A DNA stretch of 64,000 nt from Nitrospira sp. (GCA_047150005.1 AP038806.1:3136001-3200000), one strand, 5' to 3'. Shown: positions 49,764 to 59,557, counted from the first letter of the stretch. Notes: generated from the sequence alone by a model not told the origin. Translations and numbers: made by a program.

Positions 49764-50695
49764 AGAGATGAGGTGGAAAGCGGAACAGAGCGTGGTACGA
49801 CTCGAACCATCATATCGTCCAGCTTCGCAGCGGACGCGTTCGTGAAAAGGGCCGCCAGCAATTCGACTCCGTCCACCAGCCGGGGGCCCGGTCGGCTGAA
49901 ATAGGACGCGGCATCCACGACGAAGGTCAGCGGCCAGGAGGCGAGTGCGGAGGACCATTGCCGGTCCGTATGCTGCAACGCAGCAAGTTCGCTCCATGCT
50001 CGCTCGACGGAAAAACCGCAGGGCATCAAGATCACGATGTCCGGTCGGACCGACTCGACCTGTTCCCACGTCACGGGTCGTGACGGGTGATGGATCTGGC
50101 CGAGCACGTCCAGGCCTCCTGCCAGTTCGACCATTTCCGGAACCCAGTGGCCCCCTACATACAACGGAGACAACCATTCCAAGCAGGCGACTCGAGGTTT
50201 TCGGATTCGGTGCCCGCTCCGAACAAGCGCGAGACGTGCGCGGAGCGACTCGGCGAGTTGCTTACCTTCCGACACCCGGTCGATGGCCAGGCCGATCCGT
50301 TCGACGTCCGAGATGACGTCTTCGAGCGTCGTCGGATTGAGCGTTACCCAGGTCGGTGGGGCGGGCAGGGAGTCAACGACCCGCGTCAGCTGATCGGACG
50401 TGACCGCACACACATGACACAGGTCTTGGGTCAGGACCACGTCCGGCTCAGAGGCGACGAATGCGCGCTCGTTCAGGCGGTAGAGAGGCCGGCTGGACGA
50501 CACCAGTGTCCTGACCTCGCGGTCGATGGTCGCGCTGCAGGCAGAGGCGGTCTCGATGCAAGGCTCCACCAGCACGGCGGCATGGCGCACGGAGAGGGGG
50601 AAGTCGCACTCGTGGCTGATGCCGACAAGCCGGCTCGCCTGGCCGAGTGCGGCGACGACTTCTGTTGCTCCTGGGACCAGCGAGCAGATTCTCAT
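49760..50695 (-). CDS. BtuF-like cobalamin/iron binding protein lacking a signal peptide
   Basis: MRICSLVPGATE, VGISHECDFP, TQDLCHVCAV, GHWVPEMV, FSRPGPRLVDG. Confidence 0.85.
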   Translation of the reverse strand: MRICSLVPGATEVVAALGQASRLVGISHECDFPLSVRHAAVLVEPCIETASACSATIDREVRTLVSSSRPLYRLNERAFVASEPDVVLTQDLCHVCAVTSDQLTRVVDSLPAPPTWVTLNPTTLEDVISDVERIGLAIDRVSEGKQLAESLRARLALVRSGHRIRKPRVACLEWLSPLYVGGHWVPEMVELAGGLDVLGQIHHPSRPVTWEQVESVRPDIVILMPCGFSVERAWSELAALQHTDRQWSSALASWPLTFVVDAASYFSRPGPRLVDGVELLAALFTNASAAKLDDMMVRVVPRSVPLSTSSL

Positions 50696-50708
50696 TCTGT
50701 GGCCGTCC

Positions 50709-51401
50709 TTATCGCGAAGGCCACACACGGGAGTGGATCTCCGACAGGCCCATCTGTTCCAGATTCGGAGCCGTGGCATCGGCTTCGTGCAAATCTTGAA
50801 GCGTATGAGTATTCGCGACGGCCAGTACCTTCATGCCAGCAGCCTTGGCGCCTCGGATGCCAGGGAGGGAATCCTCGATCACGAGACAGGAGCCAGCGGT
50901 CAAGGTGGGATCGTGCAATCGACGCAGAGCCTCCAGCGCCAGCAGAAACGGTTGCGGGTCCGGTTTGCCTCTGGTCACGTCCTCCGCACTGGTGACGTGG
51001 CTGAATTCCTTGCGGAGTCCGGCCTGCTCCAGGATGTATTCGATCTCGTGACGAAGCGCGCCGGAGGCGATCGCCAATGGATGGCGTGCCGCGGCTTCCC
51101 GGACGAGGTCGGCCACTCCGGGGAAAATGACAGGGTGGTCCTTGACGGATTCCAGGTAGGCCGTGGCCTTTCGCTCCATCAACTGCCTGAGCGTCGCGGG
51201 ATCGATCTGCCTGCCGTGGGCCGTCAGAGCGGCGAGGAAACACCCGCGATCGTCATAGCCCAGGTAATTGGCGAAATAATCGGATTCGGTCAGGTCGATA
51301 CCGATCTCGTGGAGCGTTTTCTGCAAACCGGAAAAATGCAGGGGTTCGGTATCGGCGATGACGCCGTCGAAATCGAAAATGAGGGCACGAAGCTGATTCA
51401 T
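50709..51401 (-). CDS. HAD-superfamily phosphatase (beta-PGM/CbbY-like)
   Basis: FDFDGVIADTE, GKPDP, IEDSLPG. Confidence 0.92.
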   Translation of the reverse strand: MNQLRALIFDFDGVIADTEPLHFSGLQKTLHEIGIDLTESDYFANYLGYDDRGCFLAALTAHGRQIDPATLRQLMERKATAYLESVKDHPVIFPGVADLVREAAARHPLAIASGALRHEIEYILEQAGLRKEFSHVTSAEDVTRGKPDPQPFLLALEALRRLHDPTLTAGSCLVIEDSLPGIRGAKAAGMKVLAVANTHTLQDLHEADATAPNLEQMGLSEIHSRVWPSR

Positions 51402-51444
51402 GAACAAGGCCGTACTGCCGGAAGAGCGGGGCGAACGAGAGGGG

Positions 51445-51453
51445 ATTATAGCA
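51445..51453 (-). promoter_or_regulatory. Extended -10 promoter for HAD-btuF-like-hpnD-hpnE
   Basis: TGCTATAAT on the minus strand, ~45 nt upstream of the HAD start. Confidence 0.55.
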
Positions 51454-51516
51454 TAGAGCGGTCGGAAAGAAGGTCGTGTCCTCTCTTGGATGCTCGGCTC
51501 AACGACTCGAGGAGGG

Positions 51517-52209
51517 TTAGAATTTCATACGGAGCCGCTTCTCCGAGACCCACCCTTTCACACCGTCGTCCGAGCGCACGGAATAGACCCAGCCGCTTGG
51601 TTGGAGATCTCCGTCGAGGATGCTGAGAGTGGCTCCAGGACGAATCGACGGACCGGGTTTGGCACCGGCCGGATCCAGAGTCAGCGGGACCATTTCTCCC
51701 GGGGTGGTCGGATTACCCATGACGGTGACCCGCTGTCCTTCCGCGAAGAGGGGAGATGCAGGTGCCCGTCCCGGGGTGATTGCGGCAGGTGCGTCCATCG
51801 GTGGAACAGTGTGAGGTGCGGCCGGAGGCGCACCGGCAGAGGTAGGCGGCATGGATGGCTGGTCTGCGGGAGAAGCCGGGGCCGTGTCGGTGGGCGCCGC
51901 CGGCGCGGGTATCGGGAGCCCGCCGGGAAGGTCTTCTTGTTGGGAGCGTGGAGAGGCCGCAACGGGAGGCACATGCTGTTTGGGACCGCTGTCGCCAAGC
52001 AGCGGGGCGAGCCACTCGGTCAATTGCTCCGGCTCCATAGCGATGTAGCCGATTCCCCCGATCAAGAGGAGCAGCAGCACCCACAGGAGCGGCCGACCCC
52101 CTCCACCCTTCTTGGGTGGTTTGGTCGGAGTCGTTGGTTTGGTGGCAGCGGTTTGATCCAGCTCTTCTTCCGTGAACTCCAGATCCGGTTCCGGTTGGCG
52201 GGCGGCCAT
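51517..52209 (-). CDS. Bitopic membrane protein with Pro-rich linker and SH3b-like C-terminal domain
   Basis: GGAGG RBS, one TM helix, Pro/Ala linker, GWVYSVRSDDGVKGWV. Confidence 0.75.
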   Translation of the reverse strand: MAARQPEPDLEFTEEELDQTAATKPTTPTKPPKKGGGGRPLLWVLLLLLIGGIGYIAMEPEQLTEWLAPLLGDSGPKQHVPPVAASPRSQQEDLPGGLPIPAPAAPTDTAPASPADQPSMPPTSAGAPPAAPHTVPPMDAPAAITPGRAPASPLFAEGQRVTVMGNPTTPGEMVPLTLDPAGAKPGPSIRPGATLSILDGDLQPSGWVYSVRSDDGVKGWVSEKRLRMKF

Positions 52210-52323
52210 CCAACACCTCCAGGCTGAACAATCGAACTTGGTCCAATCACGTGAGGGAAATACTTATCACCAACCTCAAACCCTGTCAATTTATGCAGCG
52301 ATTTTGCCCCGGTGGATCGGTTC

Positions 52324-54084
52324 TCAGCAGGTCTGGCTCACTGCGCAGGATAGGACTTGTTCCGCACGACTGCCGGTTCGAAAGACGGTGAGGCCCTTGC
52401 ACCCCAATCGATAGGCGAGCAGGAAGGCATCGGCGACCTGAGCTTTGGTGGCGGCGGCCGACAGATTGATGGTCTTGGACACCCCGCTGTCGCTGTAGTG
52501 CTGGAAAATGGCTTGCATTCTGACATGATGAGCCGGATCGATGTCGTGGGCCGTGACGAACAGACGACGAAGCTGTAACGGAATCATGGAGTGATGCCGG
52601 ATCGAAGGTCCCTCGTTCAGCCGCGGCAGCAAGCGGTCCATATCAAGACCGGCCGCTCGCGCCATCCTGCGGAAGGTCGGATGGAGGGTGATCAGGCGAG
52701 TCCCATCCATGATGGTCCGGACGGTTTGGACGGCGTAGAGCGGCTCGATGCCGGGAGAACATCCCGCAATGATGCTGATGGTTCCGGTGGGGGCGATTGT
52801 GGTCACGGTGGCGTGACGTCGTGGATCGCGCCGCCGAGCGAGACCGCTGCCCGGGTAGGCCGGAAACGGCCCTCGCTCGTCGGCGAGTCGTCGCGAGGCT
52901 TCATGCGCATGAGATTGGACGAAGGCCATCAATCGTGACGCGGTGCGCAGCGCCTCTTCCGTGTCATATGGAATCTCCAACGCGATCAGCAGATCGGCGA
53001 AACCCATGACCCCGAGCCCGATCTTTCTGGTCCGGAGCGTGGCCGTTTCGATGTCGGGCAGGGGGTAGCGGTTGCGATCGAGGACATTATCCAAGAAGCG
53101 GACGGCGAGCGGGATCGTTTCGGCCAGGCGAGCATAGTCGATCTCCGCTCGGCCATTTCGCCGCAAGAGATACCGTGCCACATTGATGGATCCCAGCGTG
53201 CAGGATTCGTAGGGCAGCAGCGGCTGTTCTCCACAAGGATTCGTCGCTTCGATCTCGCCCAGGTGAGCGACCGGGTTCGTCCGGTTGATGGTGTCCAGAT
53301 ACAAGACCCCCGGCTCGCCGGCAGTCCAAGCTGCGTCCACCAGGCGGTCGAACACCAGACGCGCGGGGAGCCGTCCGACGGGCCGACCGGTTCTCGGGTT
53401 CAACAGGGGATAGCGCCCGTTACGGCGCCGGGCCTCCATGAAGGCGTCTGTCAGACCGACCGACAGATTGAAATTCGTCATTTCCCTCGGATTGTTCTTC
53501 AGCACGATGAAATCGAGGATGTCGGGGTGATCGACGCGAAGGACCCCCATATTCGCGCCGCGTCTCATCCCTCCTTGTTTGATGACGTCGGTGGTGAGGT
53601 TGAAGATGCGCATGAAGGATATAGGACCGGATGCGACGCCGCTGGTGGAGGCCACGAGGTCGTCGTGCGGACGGAGTTGACTAAAGGAGAATCCGGTTCC
53701 TCCGCCGGATTGATGGATCAGCGCCTGGTCCCGCACGCTCTCAAGAATGGCGGACAGCGAGTCCTCCACCGGCAGGACAAAGCAGGCGGAGAGTTGTTGA
53801 AGAGGCCGACCGGCGTTCATCAACGTCGGTGAATTGGGAAGGAAGTCGAGGCTCGCCATCATATCGTAGAAACGCGCTGCAGACCGAGGAAGGCGGCCTC
53901 GGGTCGGATAGCGTCGTTCCGCCCGAGCCACGTCCGAGGCGATGCGCCTGAACATATGAGCGGGAGTTTCGACGACCCGTCCTTTGCGGTCCCGTGCTAG
54001 GTATCGCTGACGCAAGACCAAGCGGGCCCCCCGGGAGAGCGATCCCCTGTGACTCGGAAAGGCTGTCGAAGACGTATCGGACAT
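52324..54084 (-). CDS. nrdJ: Adenosylcobalamin-dependent (class II) ribonucleotide reductase, compact form
   Basis: VLRQRYL, NSPTLMNAG, LSACFV, GGGTG, RRGANM, TNPCGEQPL, CTLGSIN, TIAPTGTIS. Start set at MSDTSS; the ORF extension overlaps yjbQ. Confidence 0.92.
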   Translation of the reverse strand: MSDTSSTAFPSHRGSLSRGARLVLRQRYLARDRKGRVVETPAHMFRRIASDVARAERRYPTRGRLPRSAARFYDMMASLDFLPNSPTLMNAGRPLQQLSACFVLPVEDSLSAILESVRDQALIHQSGGGTGFSFSQLRPHDDLVASTSGVASGPISFMRIFNLTTDVIKQGGMRRGANMGVLRVDHPDILDFIVLKNNPREMTNFNLSVGLTDAFMEARRRNGRYPLLNPRTGRPVGRLPARLVFDRLVDAAWTAGEPGVLYLDTINRTNPVAHLGEIEATNPCGEQPLLPYESCTLGSINVARYLLRRNGRAEIDYARLAETIPLAVRFLDNVLDRNRYPLPDIETATLRTRKIGLGVMGFADLLIALEIPYDTEEALRTASRLMAFVQSHAHEASRRLADERGPFPAYPGSGLARRRDPRRHATVTTIAPTGTISIIAGCSPGIEPLYAVQTVRTIMDGTRLITLHPTFRRMARAAGLDMDRLLPRLNEGPSIRHHSMIPLQLRRLFVTAHDIDPAHHVRMQAIFQHYSDSGVSKTINLSAAATKAQVADAFLLAYRLGCKGLTVFRTGSRAEQVLSCAVSQTC

Positions 54085-54192
54085 GCTGATCACCATTATA
54101 TCGTTTTTGAGGCGGCGGTTTGCCGATAGAGTCCGGTCTTGCATCCGTCCCGTCCGTTTGACGAGAATATCGGACGAGATGGGGAGCACGGC

Positions 54193-54606
54193 ATGAAGTC
54201 CTATCGTGAAGAGATCTGGTTCGAAACCAAGGCTCGCCGGGAGTACATCAATATCACCCGGCAAGTGGAAGCGGTCGTGCGGAAGAGCGGCGTCACCGAA
54301 GGATTGGTGCTCGTCAATGCCATGCACATTACCGCAAGCGTGTACATCAACGACGATGAGGCGGGGCTTCTGCAGGACTACGATCGATTCCTTGAGGACT
54401 TGGCTCCCCACGGCGCCTCCTATCGCCACAATGAAACCGGTGAGGACAACGCGGACGCCCATATCAAACGTCAGGTGATGGGACGGGAGGTCGTGGTGGC
54501 GATCACCGGCGGCCGGCTTGACTTCGGGCCGTGGGAACAGATCTTCTATGGGGAGTTCGACGGGCGGCGACGCAAGCGCGTTCTTGTGAAAGTCATCGGT
54601 GAATAG
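54193..54606 (+). CDS. yjbQ: YjbQ (UPF0047) secondary thiamine-phosphate synthase family
   Basis: [43 protein letters not shown]. Confidence 0.92.
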   Translation: MKSYREEIWFETKARREYINITRQVEAVVRKSGVTEGLVLVNAMHITASVYINDDEAGLLQDYDRFLEDLAPHGASYRHNETGEDNADAHIKRQVMGREVVVAITGGRLDFGPWEQIFYGEFDGRRRKRVLVKVIGE

Positions 54607-54714
54607 CGAAGCCTGATCGCATCCGCGCGGGAGCCGCGATGCCGAACCGCTCCGACGCTTGCTCCCCGCGCAAAAGTTTGGCAACATGGTGATCGTCCAC
54701 ATCCCGAGGAAGCT

Positions 54715-55731
54715 ATGATGCTCGGTTGGTCCCGTCCAGATCCGTTGACCAGGGATCTCATTCATTTGATCAACGCCCGTCGCCACGATCATGGCGATAC
54801 CGACGCGGCCATCGACACCCTGCAGGCCTTTCTTGAGCAAGGCCGCGAGCATGACTTGTTGACGGTGCTGGCGGCGCTTGACGAAGACATGGCGGAATGG
54901 CTCTTCGACCTGGTTGCCGAGGCCTCTTGTGCCATTCTGATGGACGGCCCGGCGGATGAAAAGTTGTCGTATGCCGTCATGGCCGCCTTAGAGCTGCCGC
55001 TGCAGGCGAATCTCACCCATCCGTTGAAGCTCAAGATCGACCCCGTGGCCACCGCTGATCTGCTGCACCGCCATCTGCGGCTTCCGTCCGGAACTGTCGT
55101 GCGCGTCGAAGCCCGGTTGCTCACGGATGCGACTCTGGAACCGTTGAGCCTCCAGTCTCTCAATGAACATCTCAGCACCGTGGCCGACTCCCAGCGCGTC
55201 CATTCGATCGCCGCCCGGTTGTATCCGCCGGTCGAGAACACGGCGTTTCTCCTGTTCGAACTGATCGGGGTTCCCGACGCAGGGTTGCCGGATTCTCTGG
55301 AAGATCCTCATCGACGGGCCCTATTGGAAGGTCTGGTGGAGCAGTGCCCCGAGCTTGCGCATGCACCGGATTCGATCGAAGCTCCCGTCTACGCCGCCTA
55401 CGCGATGTTCGACGCCCAGAATGCCGTGCGGCTTCACCGCTTGGCGGATGAAACGGCCGCAGTCTGGCGAGATCTGGATCCCTTGGTTCGGGCGCGGACG
55501 ATCGTCCATCTCCATACGCAGTGCGGCAACGGTGTGTACATGCCGGTCTGGACGGATTTGTTCGATCCGGAGCTTCCGGAAGAACACGGACCGGTTTGGA
55601 CTTCACCGGATGTGTGGGTCTTCACGGCCGATCTCCCCATCGAGTGGCCCGGTGAAATGCTCACCAATCGTCTTCTCGCCGAAGGCTGTACGCGATTCGA
55701 AAACCACATCGTCGAGGCCCCGGAAAACTAG
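54715..55731 (+). CDS. Hypothetical acidic protein
   Basis: 338-aa ORF with GAGG RBS; no recognised motif. Confidence 0.7.
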   Translation: MMLGWSRPDPLTRDLIHLINARRHDHGDTDAAIDTLQAFLEQGREHDLLTVLAALDEDMAEWLFDLVAEASCAILMDGPADEKLSYAVMAALELPLQANLTHPLKLKIDPVATADLLHRHLRLPSGTVVRVEARLLTDATLEPLSLQSLNEHLSTVADSQRVHSIAARLYPPVENTAFLLFELIGVPDAGLPDSLEDPHRRALLEGLVEQCPELAHAPDSIEAPVYAAYAMFDAQNAVRLHRLADETAAVWRDLDPLVRARTIVHLHTQCGNGVYMPVWTDLFDPELPEEHGPVWTSPDVWVFTADLPIEWPGEMLTNRLLAEGCTRFENHIVEAPEN

Positions 55732-55923
55732 CCCGCTCGCATCACGACCCCGGACGATCCGTTCCGGTCCCCGCCGCTCCGATACGGGCGTCATCGCCGT
55801 ACCGAGGCCGCGATTCCCTACGCACCTGTCGAAGCCGATACGACGCGAGTGCGGAATCCCGACATTTCATCGATTTTTCAGAACCGCTGTCTTATGCTGG
55901 CCCGTAGCACGGCAGGGAGAATC

Positions 55924-56553
55924 GTGGCGCAACAGGATGCATGGAGTCGAATCGCCGCCGGGGCGATCACCGTGGTCGGACTGACATCGGTCTGGCTTGC
56001 CGTGGTCACGAGTCTTCCGACGCAGGAAGAATTGGCCGGAGACGCGTTGCAGCCGGCGCGGGTCGCCTCTGCTGCTCCGGTGGTTCCGGTCGAGCCGAGT
56101 CTGGATCTGTCCGTTCCTGGTGTCGTCGCTTCCGTTCCGCCCGCGGCACAATCCGCCGAGCAGAGCCCTTCTGATCCGTCCGGCGAAGCCCGAAGCAGCC
56201 TCCCAATCGTCGATGCCCGCACGACGCAGATTACGCGGTTGAAATGCGAAGCGAAGGTCGAGCAGGTGTGTCCTGACGGGATGGAAGGGGCAGGAACGTT
56301 CAGATGCCTGGAACGGCGCATGAAAGACCTGCCGCCGCCTTGCCAAGCGATGGTCCGGGAGCGATTTGTGAAATGGAAAGAAGATCGGAGCCGCACCCTG
56401 GCTGCCTGTCGAGACGATGTGAGGCGATTGTGCGCGACGATGAGGCCCGGGGACGGCCGAGTGATGCAGTGTTTACAGGACCATGCGCAGGACGTGTCCG
56501 ACCGCTGCTACCAAACGCTGCCCAAAGGCGTGTTGTTGTTCCGCCAGCAGTAA
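55924..56553 (+). CDS. Membrane-anchored protein with two cysteine-rich (GLG1-like) repeats
   Basis: TM helix; CEAKVEQVC...FRCLE...PPPC and CRDDVRRLC...GRVMQCLQDH...SDRC; start 55849-55924. Confidence 0.78.
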   Translation: MAQQDAWSRIAAGAITVVGLTSVWLAVVTSLPTQEELAGDALQPARVASAAPVVPVEPSLDLSVPGVVASVPPAAQSAEQSPSDPSGEARSSLPIVDARTTQITRLKCEAKVEQVCPDGMEGAGTFRCLERRMKDLPPPCQAMVRERFVKWKEDRSRTLAACRDDVRRLCATMRPGDGRVMQCLQDHAQDVSDRCYQTLPKGVLLFRQQ

Positions 56554-56565
56554 GTGCGATCGCAT

Positions 56566-57270
56566 CTATTTGGCTGGGCCGAGCCGGTAGAACGTCAGAC
56601 TGACGCCCGCGACCTGGATGTGGTCCCCGTTTTTGAGCTGTTGCTGTCCCGTCACGTCCTGTTCGTTGACCAGCAAAGTCTTCCCCCCTTGGGCCAAGCT
56701 CACAAAATAGGCCCCTCCCCGCTGGATGATTTGAGCGGCTGATTTCGGCGCGAACCAGCCGGTCAGTCGAATCGCCGCGCCCGGCTGGGAGCCGATCGAG
56801 CTCACGGGCTTGTTCAGAAGATATTCCAACCGGTCCGTGCTGCCGTGGGTCACGATGACTTTCGCGGACGGAGACGCGGCCGCGGCGCGCGACTCTCCGC
56901 CGCTGATGACCACGGTTTCATCCACGACGGTAGACGGAGGCGATGCTGCTGCGGCTGAAGCGGCCGGCTCCTGAAAAATGATCCGATGCCGGCCGATGGT
57001 GATCACGTCCGAGTCCCGCAACTGATGTCGCTCCACGCGCAGGCCGTTGACCGAAGACCCGTTTGTGCTCTTGAGATCCTCGAGAAAGTACACGGCCTGG
57101 ACTTTGACGATCCGGGCATGATGGCCTGACACGGTGTGATCGTCGATCGACAGGTCGTTCTCGGCTTTCCGGCCGATGGTGAACAGGTCGTTCACGATCT
57201 CGATCGTGCGCGAGCCTTGTCCGTGCAATTTCACGAGCAGTTTGGCCTGTGCGGCCGCGGTGTCAGCCAT
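56566..57270 (-). CDS. Double-FHA domain protein
   Basis: FHA1: TIGRK...VSGHHA...STNG; FHA2 degenerate (IGSQ...LKNGDHIQV). Confidence 0.9.
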   Translation of the reverse strand: MADTAAAQAKLLVKLHGQGSRTIEIVNDLFTIGRKAENDLSIDDHTVSGHHARIVKVQAVYFLEDLKSTNGSSVNGLRVERHQLRDSDVITIGRHRIIFQEPAASAAAASPPSTVVDETVVISGGESRAAAASPSAKVIVTHGSTDRLEYLLNKPVSSIGSQPGAAIRLTGWFAPKSAAQIIQRGGAYFVSLAQGGKTLLVNEQDVTGQQQLKNGDHIQVAGVSLTFYRLGPAK

Positions 57271-57291
57271 GGGAAGTCTCCTCGCGCCGGA

Positions 57292-58113
57292 CTATGAAGC
57301 CATGGGAAACCATCGCTGCGTCAAGCGTCGCCAGAACGGGCTCGATGCTTTGTCGAACAGGCTGAGCAGCAGCACGGTCGTGTTGTCGTCGCCTCCCGCC
57401 GCATTGGCCATGGTAAGAAGCCGATCGGTGGAATCCTCCATGTCCGACGCCGTTTCGACGGTACGAAGAATGTCCGGCGGACGAACTCCACGGGTGAGTC
57501 CGTCGGAGCAGAGAAGGAACCGATCGCCGTGTCGGACCGGAATCTCTCCGAGCTCGATGTCGACGACTCGCTCCACGCCCAGCGCCCTGGTGACGATATT
57601 GCGCTTGGAGGAGCATTCGGCTTCGTCCTCCGTCATGAGACCTCGCCTGACCTGTTCGGCCACCCAAGAGTGATCCGCCGTCAAGGCGTCGATTTTGCCG
57701 TTGCGGATGAGATAGAGCCGGCTGTCTCCGACATGGGCGATCGAGAGGAGGTCCTCCGACAGGCAGGCGGCCACGATGGTCGTGCCCATGCCGGCATAGG
57801 CTGGGTTGGTCCAGGAGGCCTCATGGATCGTTTCGTTCGCGGCGCGGATAGCCCCAGCCAGTCGATGGGTGTTCGGGGAGAGATTGGCGTCCGGAAAACG
57901 CGCCGCACAGTCGTCATTCTGTCGAATGGTTCGGAGATGAGCGTGAATGGTCTCGATCGCTAGCATGCTGGCCACCTCTCCCGCGTTGCCGCCTCCCATC
58001 CCGTCACAGACGGCGTAGACTCCGAGCGCAGGGTCGGCCAGGAAACGGTCCTCGTTGTGCGTCCGCTTCAGTCCCATATCCGACCTGGCACTATGGAGGG
58101 TCCGCATCGGCAT
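57292..58113 (-). CDS. PP2C-family Ser/Thr phosphatase
   Basis: RTHNED, DGMGG, GMGTT, HVGDSR, LCSDGL, GGDDN. Confidence 0.95.
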   Translation of the reverse strand: MPMRTLHSARSDMGLKRTHNEDRFLADPALGVYAVCDGMGGGNAGEVASMLAIETIHAHLRTIRQNDDCAARFPDANLSPNTHRLAGAIRAANETIHEASWTNPAYAGMGTTIVAACLSEDLLSIAHVGDSRLYLIRNGKIDALTADHSWVAEQVRRGLMTEDEAECSSKRNIVTRALGVERVVDIELGEIPVRHGDRFLLCSDGLTRGVRPPDILRTVETASDMEDSTDRLLTMANAAGGDDNTTVLLLSLFDKASSPFWRRLTQRWFPMAS

Positions 58114-58123
58114 GGCTCCCCAC

Positions 58124-59524
58124 TCAGGCCGCAAGGCTCTGGAGGCAGGCTCGGAGATCCCGCGCAAACTCCCCGGCGCGGCGATATCGCTGCGGGAGTT
58201 CCTTCTGCAGTGCGCGGTCGAGTACTTCCTGAAACATCCGAGGAAGATCCGTTCGCAACTCGTTCAAGGGCGGGTGCGGCTGGTGGGCGATGGCAAAGAG
58301 CAGCGCCGAAAGGTTGTCTGCGGTGAACGGCGGACGGCCGGTCAGCATCTCGAACAGGACCACTCCGAGCGAAAAGATATCGGACCGTCCGTCCACCTTC
58401 TTACCGGCGATCTGCTCGGGCGACATATAGGTCGGGGTACCCAGTACGAGATCGGTCTGGGTCCTGCTGCTCGAGGCCATCTTGGCGATGCCGAAGTCCA
58501 TGACCTTCACGATCCGATCTTTGGTCAGCATGATGTTGGCCGGCTTCACGTCCCGATGGACCACTCCCTGCTGATGTGCATGGTCCAAGGCCTCCGCCAC
58601 GGTGGTCAAGGCATGCACGACGTCCGCGACCGACATCAAGTTCGGCGGTCGCGACCATTGCTTGAGAGAGCTGCCTTCCAAGACTTCCATCGCGATGTAT
58701 CCGAGTTCGTCCTGCTCGCCGGCGTCGTAGATCGTGACGATGTTGGGATGGGAGAGCCGACCGGCCGATTCCGCCTCGCGGAAAAAGCGGGCTTTGACCT
58801 CCTGCAATTTCGTGCTGTCGTCGATCTGGTCCAAGTGCATGGTCTTGATCGCCACGAATCGCTGGATCGTCGGGTCCTTGCCGAGATAGACGACGCCCAT
58901 GGCCCCACGTCCCAGCTCTTTCAGGACCTTGTACCGACCGAGCATGGGGGGAGGGGTTCCGGTCTGAAGCACGGCGGTCGATCCCTCCTGTGGTGCGTCG
59001 TCTTGCGCACGACCGATGTCCGTCTCGCCCGATGCTTCATCGGACGCGGTGCGCAGGCCGGAACGCTTGACGTTCCTGACAGGACAGAACGTTTCCCGCA
59101 ATGAGCCGAGATGACTCAACCACATCACGGTGAGCCATAGACCGGAGGCGATCATTGCGAAGGTGTAAGCCCAGAGGTAGCGAACCGAACCGATGCGTTC
59201 CACCAAGGGCAATCCGACCCCGCGAAACGCCTTGTCGCCGTAGATGACGGCGATCAAGGCTGCAAGCGGGATGACGATATGCCGGAGAAAGCTGGAGCCC
59301 CGGCCATTGTCCGGGATTTCCCGATAGGCGTTCATGGCGAGGGAGAGGAGCAGTGCCAGGGCGACCACATCTGCACCCAGGCGAACGGCGGCACCGCCGC
59401 TGAGGGACAAAGCCGGTACGGAAACAGTGTGAATGGCCGTCAGGTTGCCGAGAATGGGGCCTGCAAGCAGTGCCGCCAGAATACCGACAATGTGCGGAAT
59501 CAGCCAGTTCCAGGCCATCGACAT
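58124..59524 (-). CDS. Hanks-type Ser/Thr kinase with N-terminal multi-TM region
   Basis: About four hydrophobic helices, then LGRGAMGVVY, VAIK, HRDVKPAN, DFG, GTPTYMSPEQ. Confidence 0.95.
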   Translation of the reverse strand: MSMAWNWLIPHIVGILAALLAGPILGNLTAIHTVSVPALSLSGGAAVRLGADVVALALLLSLAMNAYREIPDNGRGSSFLRHIVIPLAALIAVIYGDKAFRGVGLPLVERIGSVRYLWAYTFAMIASGLWLTVMWLSHLGSLRETFCPVRNVKRSGLRTASDEASGETDIGRAQDDAPQEGSTAVLQTGTPPPMLGRYKVLKELGRGAMGVVYLGKDPTIQRFVAIKTMHLDQIDDSTKLQEVKARFFREAESAGRLSHPNIVTIYDAGEQDELGYIAMEVLEGSSLKQWSRPPNLMSVADVVHALTTVAEALDHAHQQGVVHRDVKPANIMLTKDRIVKVMDFGIAKMASSSRTQTDLVLGTPTYMSPEQIAGKKVDGRSDIFSLGVVLFEMLTGRPPFTADNLSALLFAIAHQPHPPLNELRTDLPRMFQEVLDRALQKELPQRYRRAGEFARDLRACLQSLAA

Positions 59525-59557
59525 CGGGCAGGGTCTCGGTGATGATGAACCGGCTTC

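Noticed and set aside
49764..50177. N-terminal extension of hpnD
   Set aside because: Out-of-frame overlap with the BtuF-like gene; the ATGA coupling at 49760-49763 marks the real start.
54085..54852. N-terminal extension of nrdJ to 842 aa
   Set aside because: Overlaps yjbQ on the other strand, and a -10 element lies just upstream of 54084.
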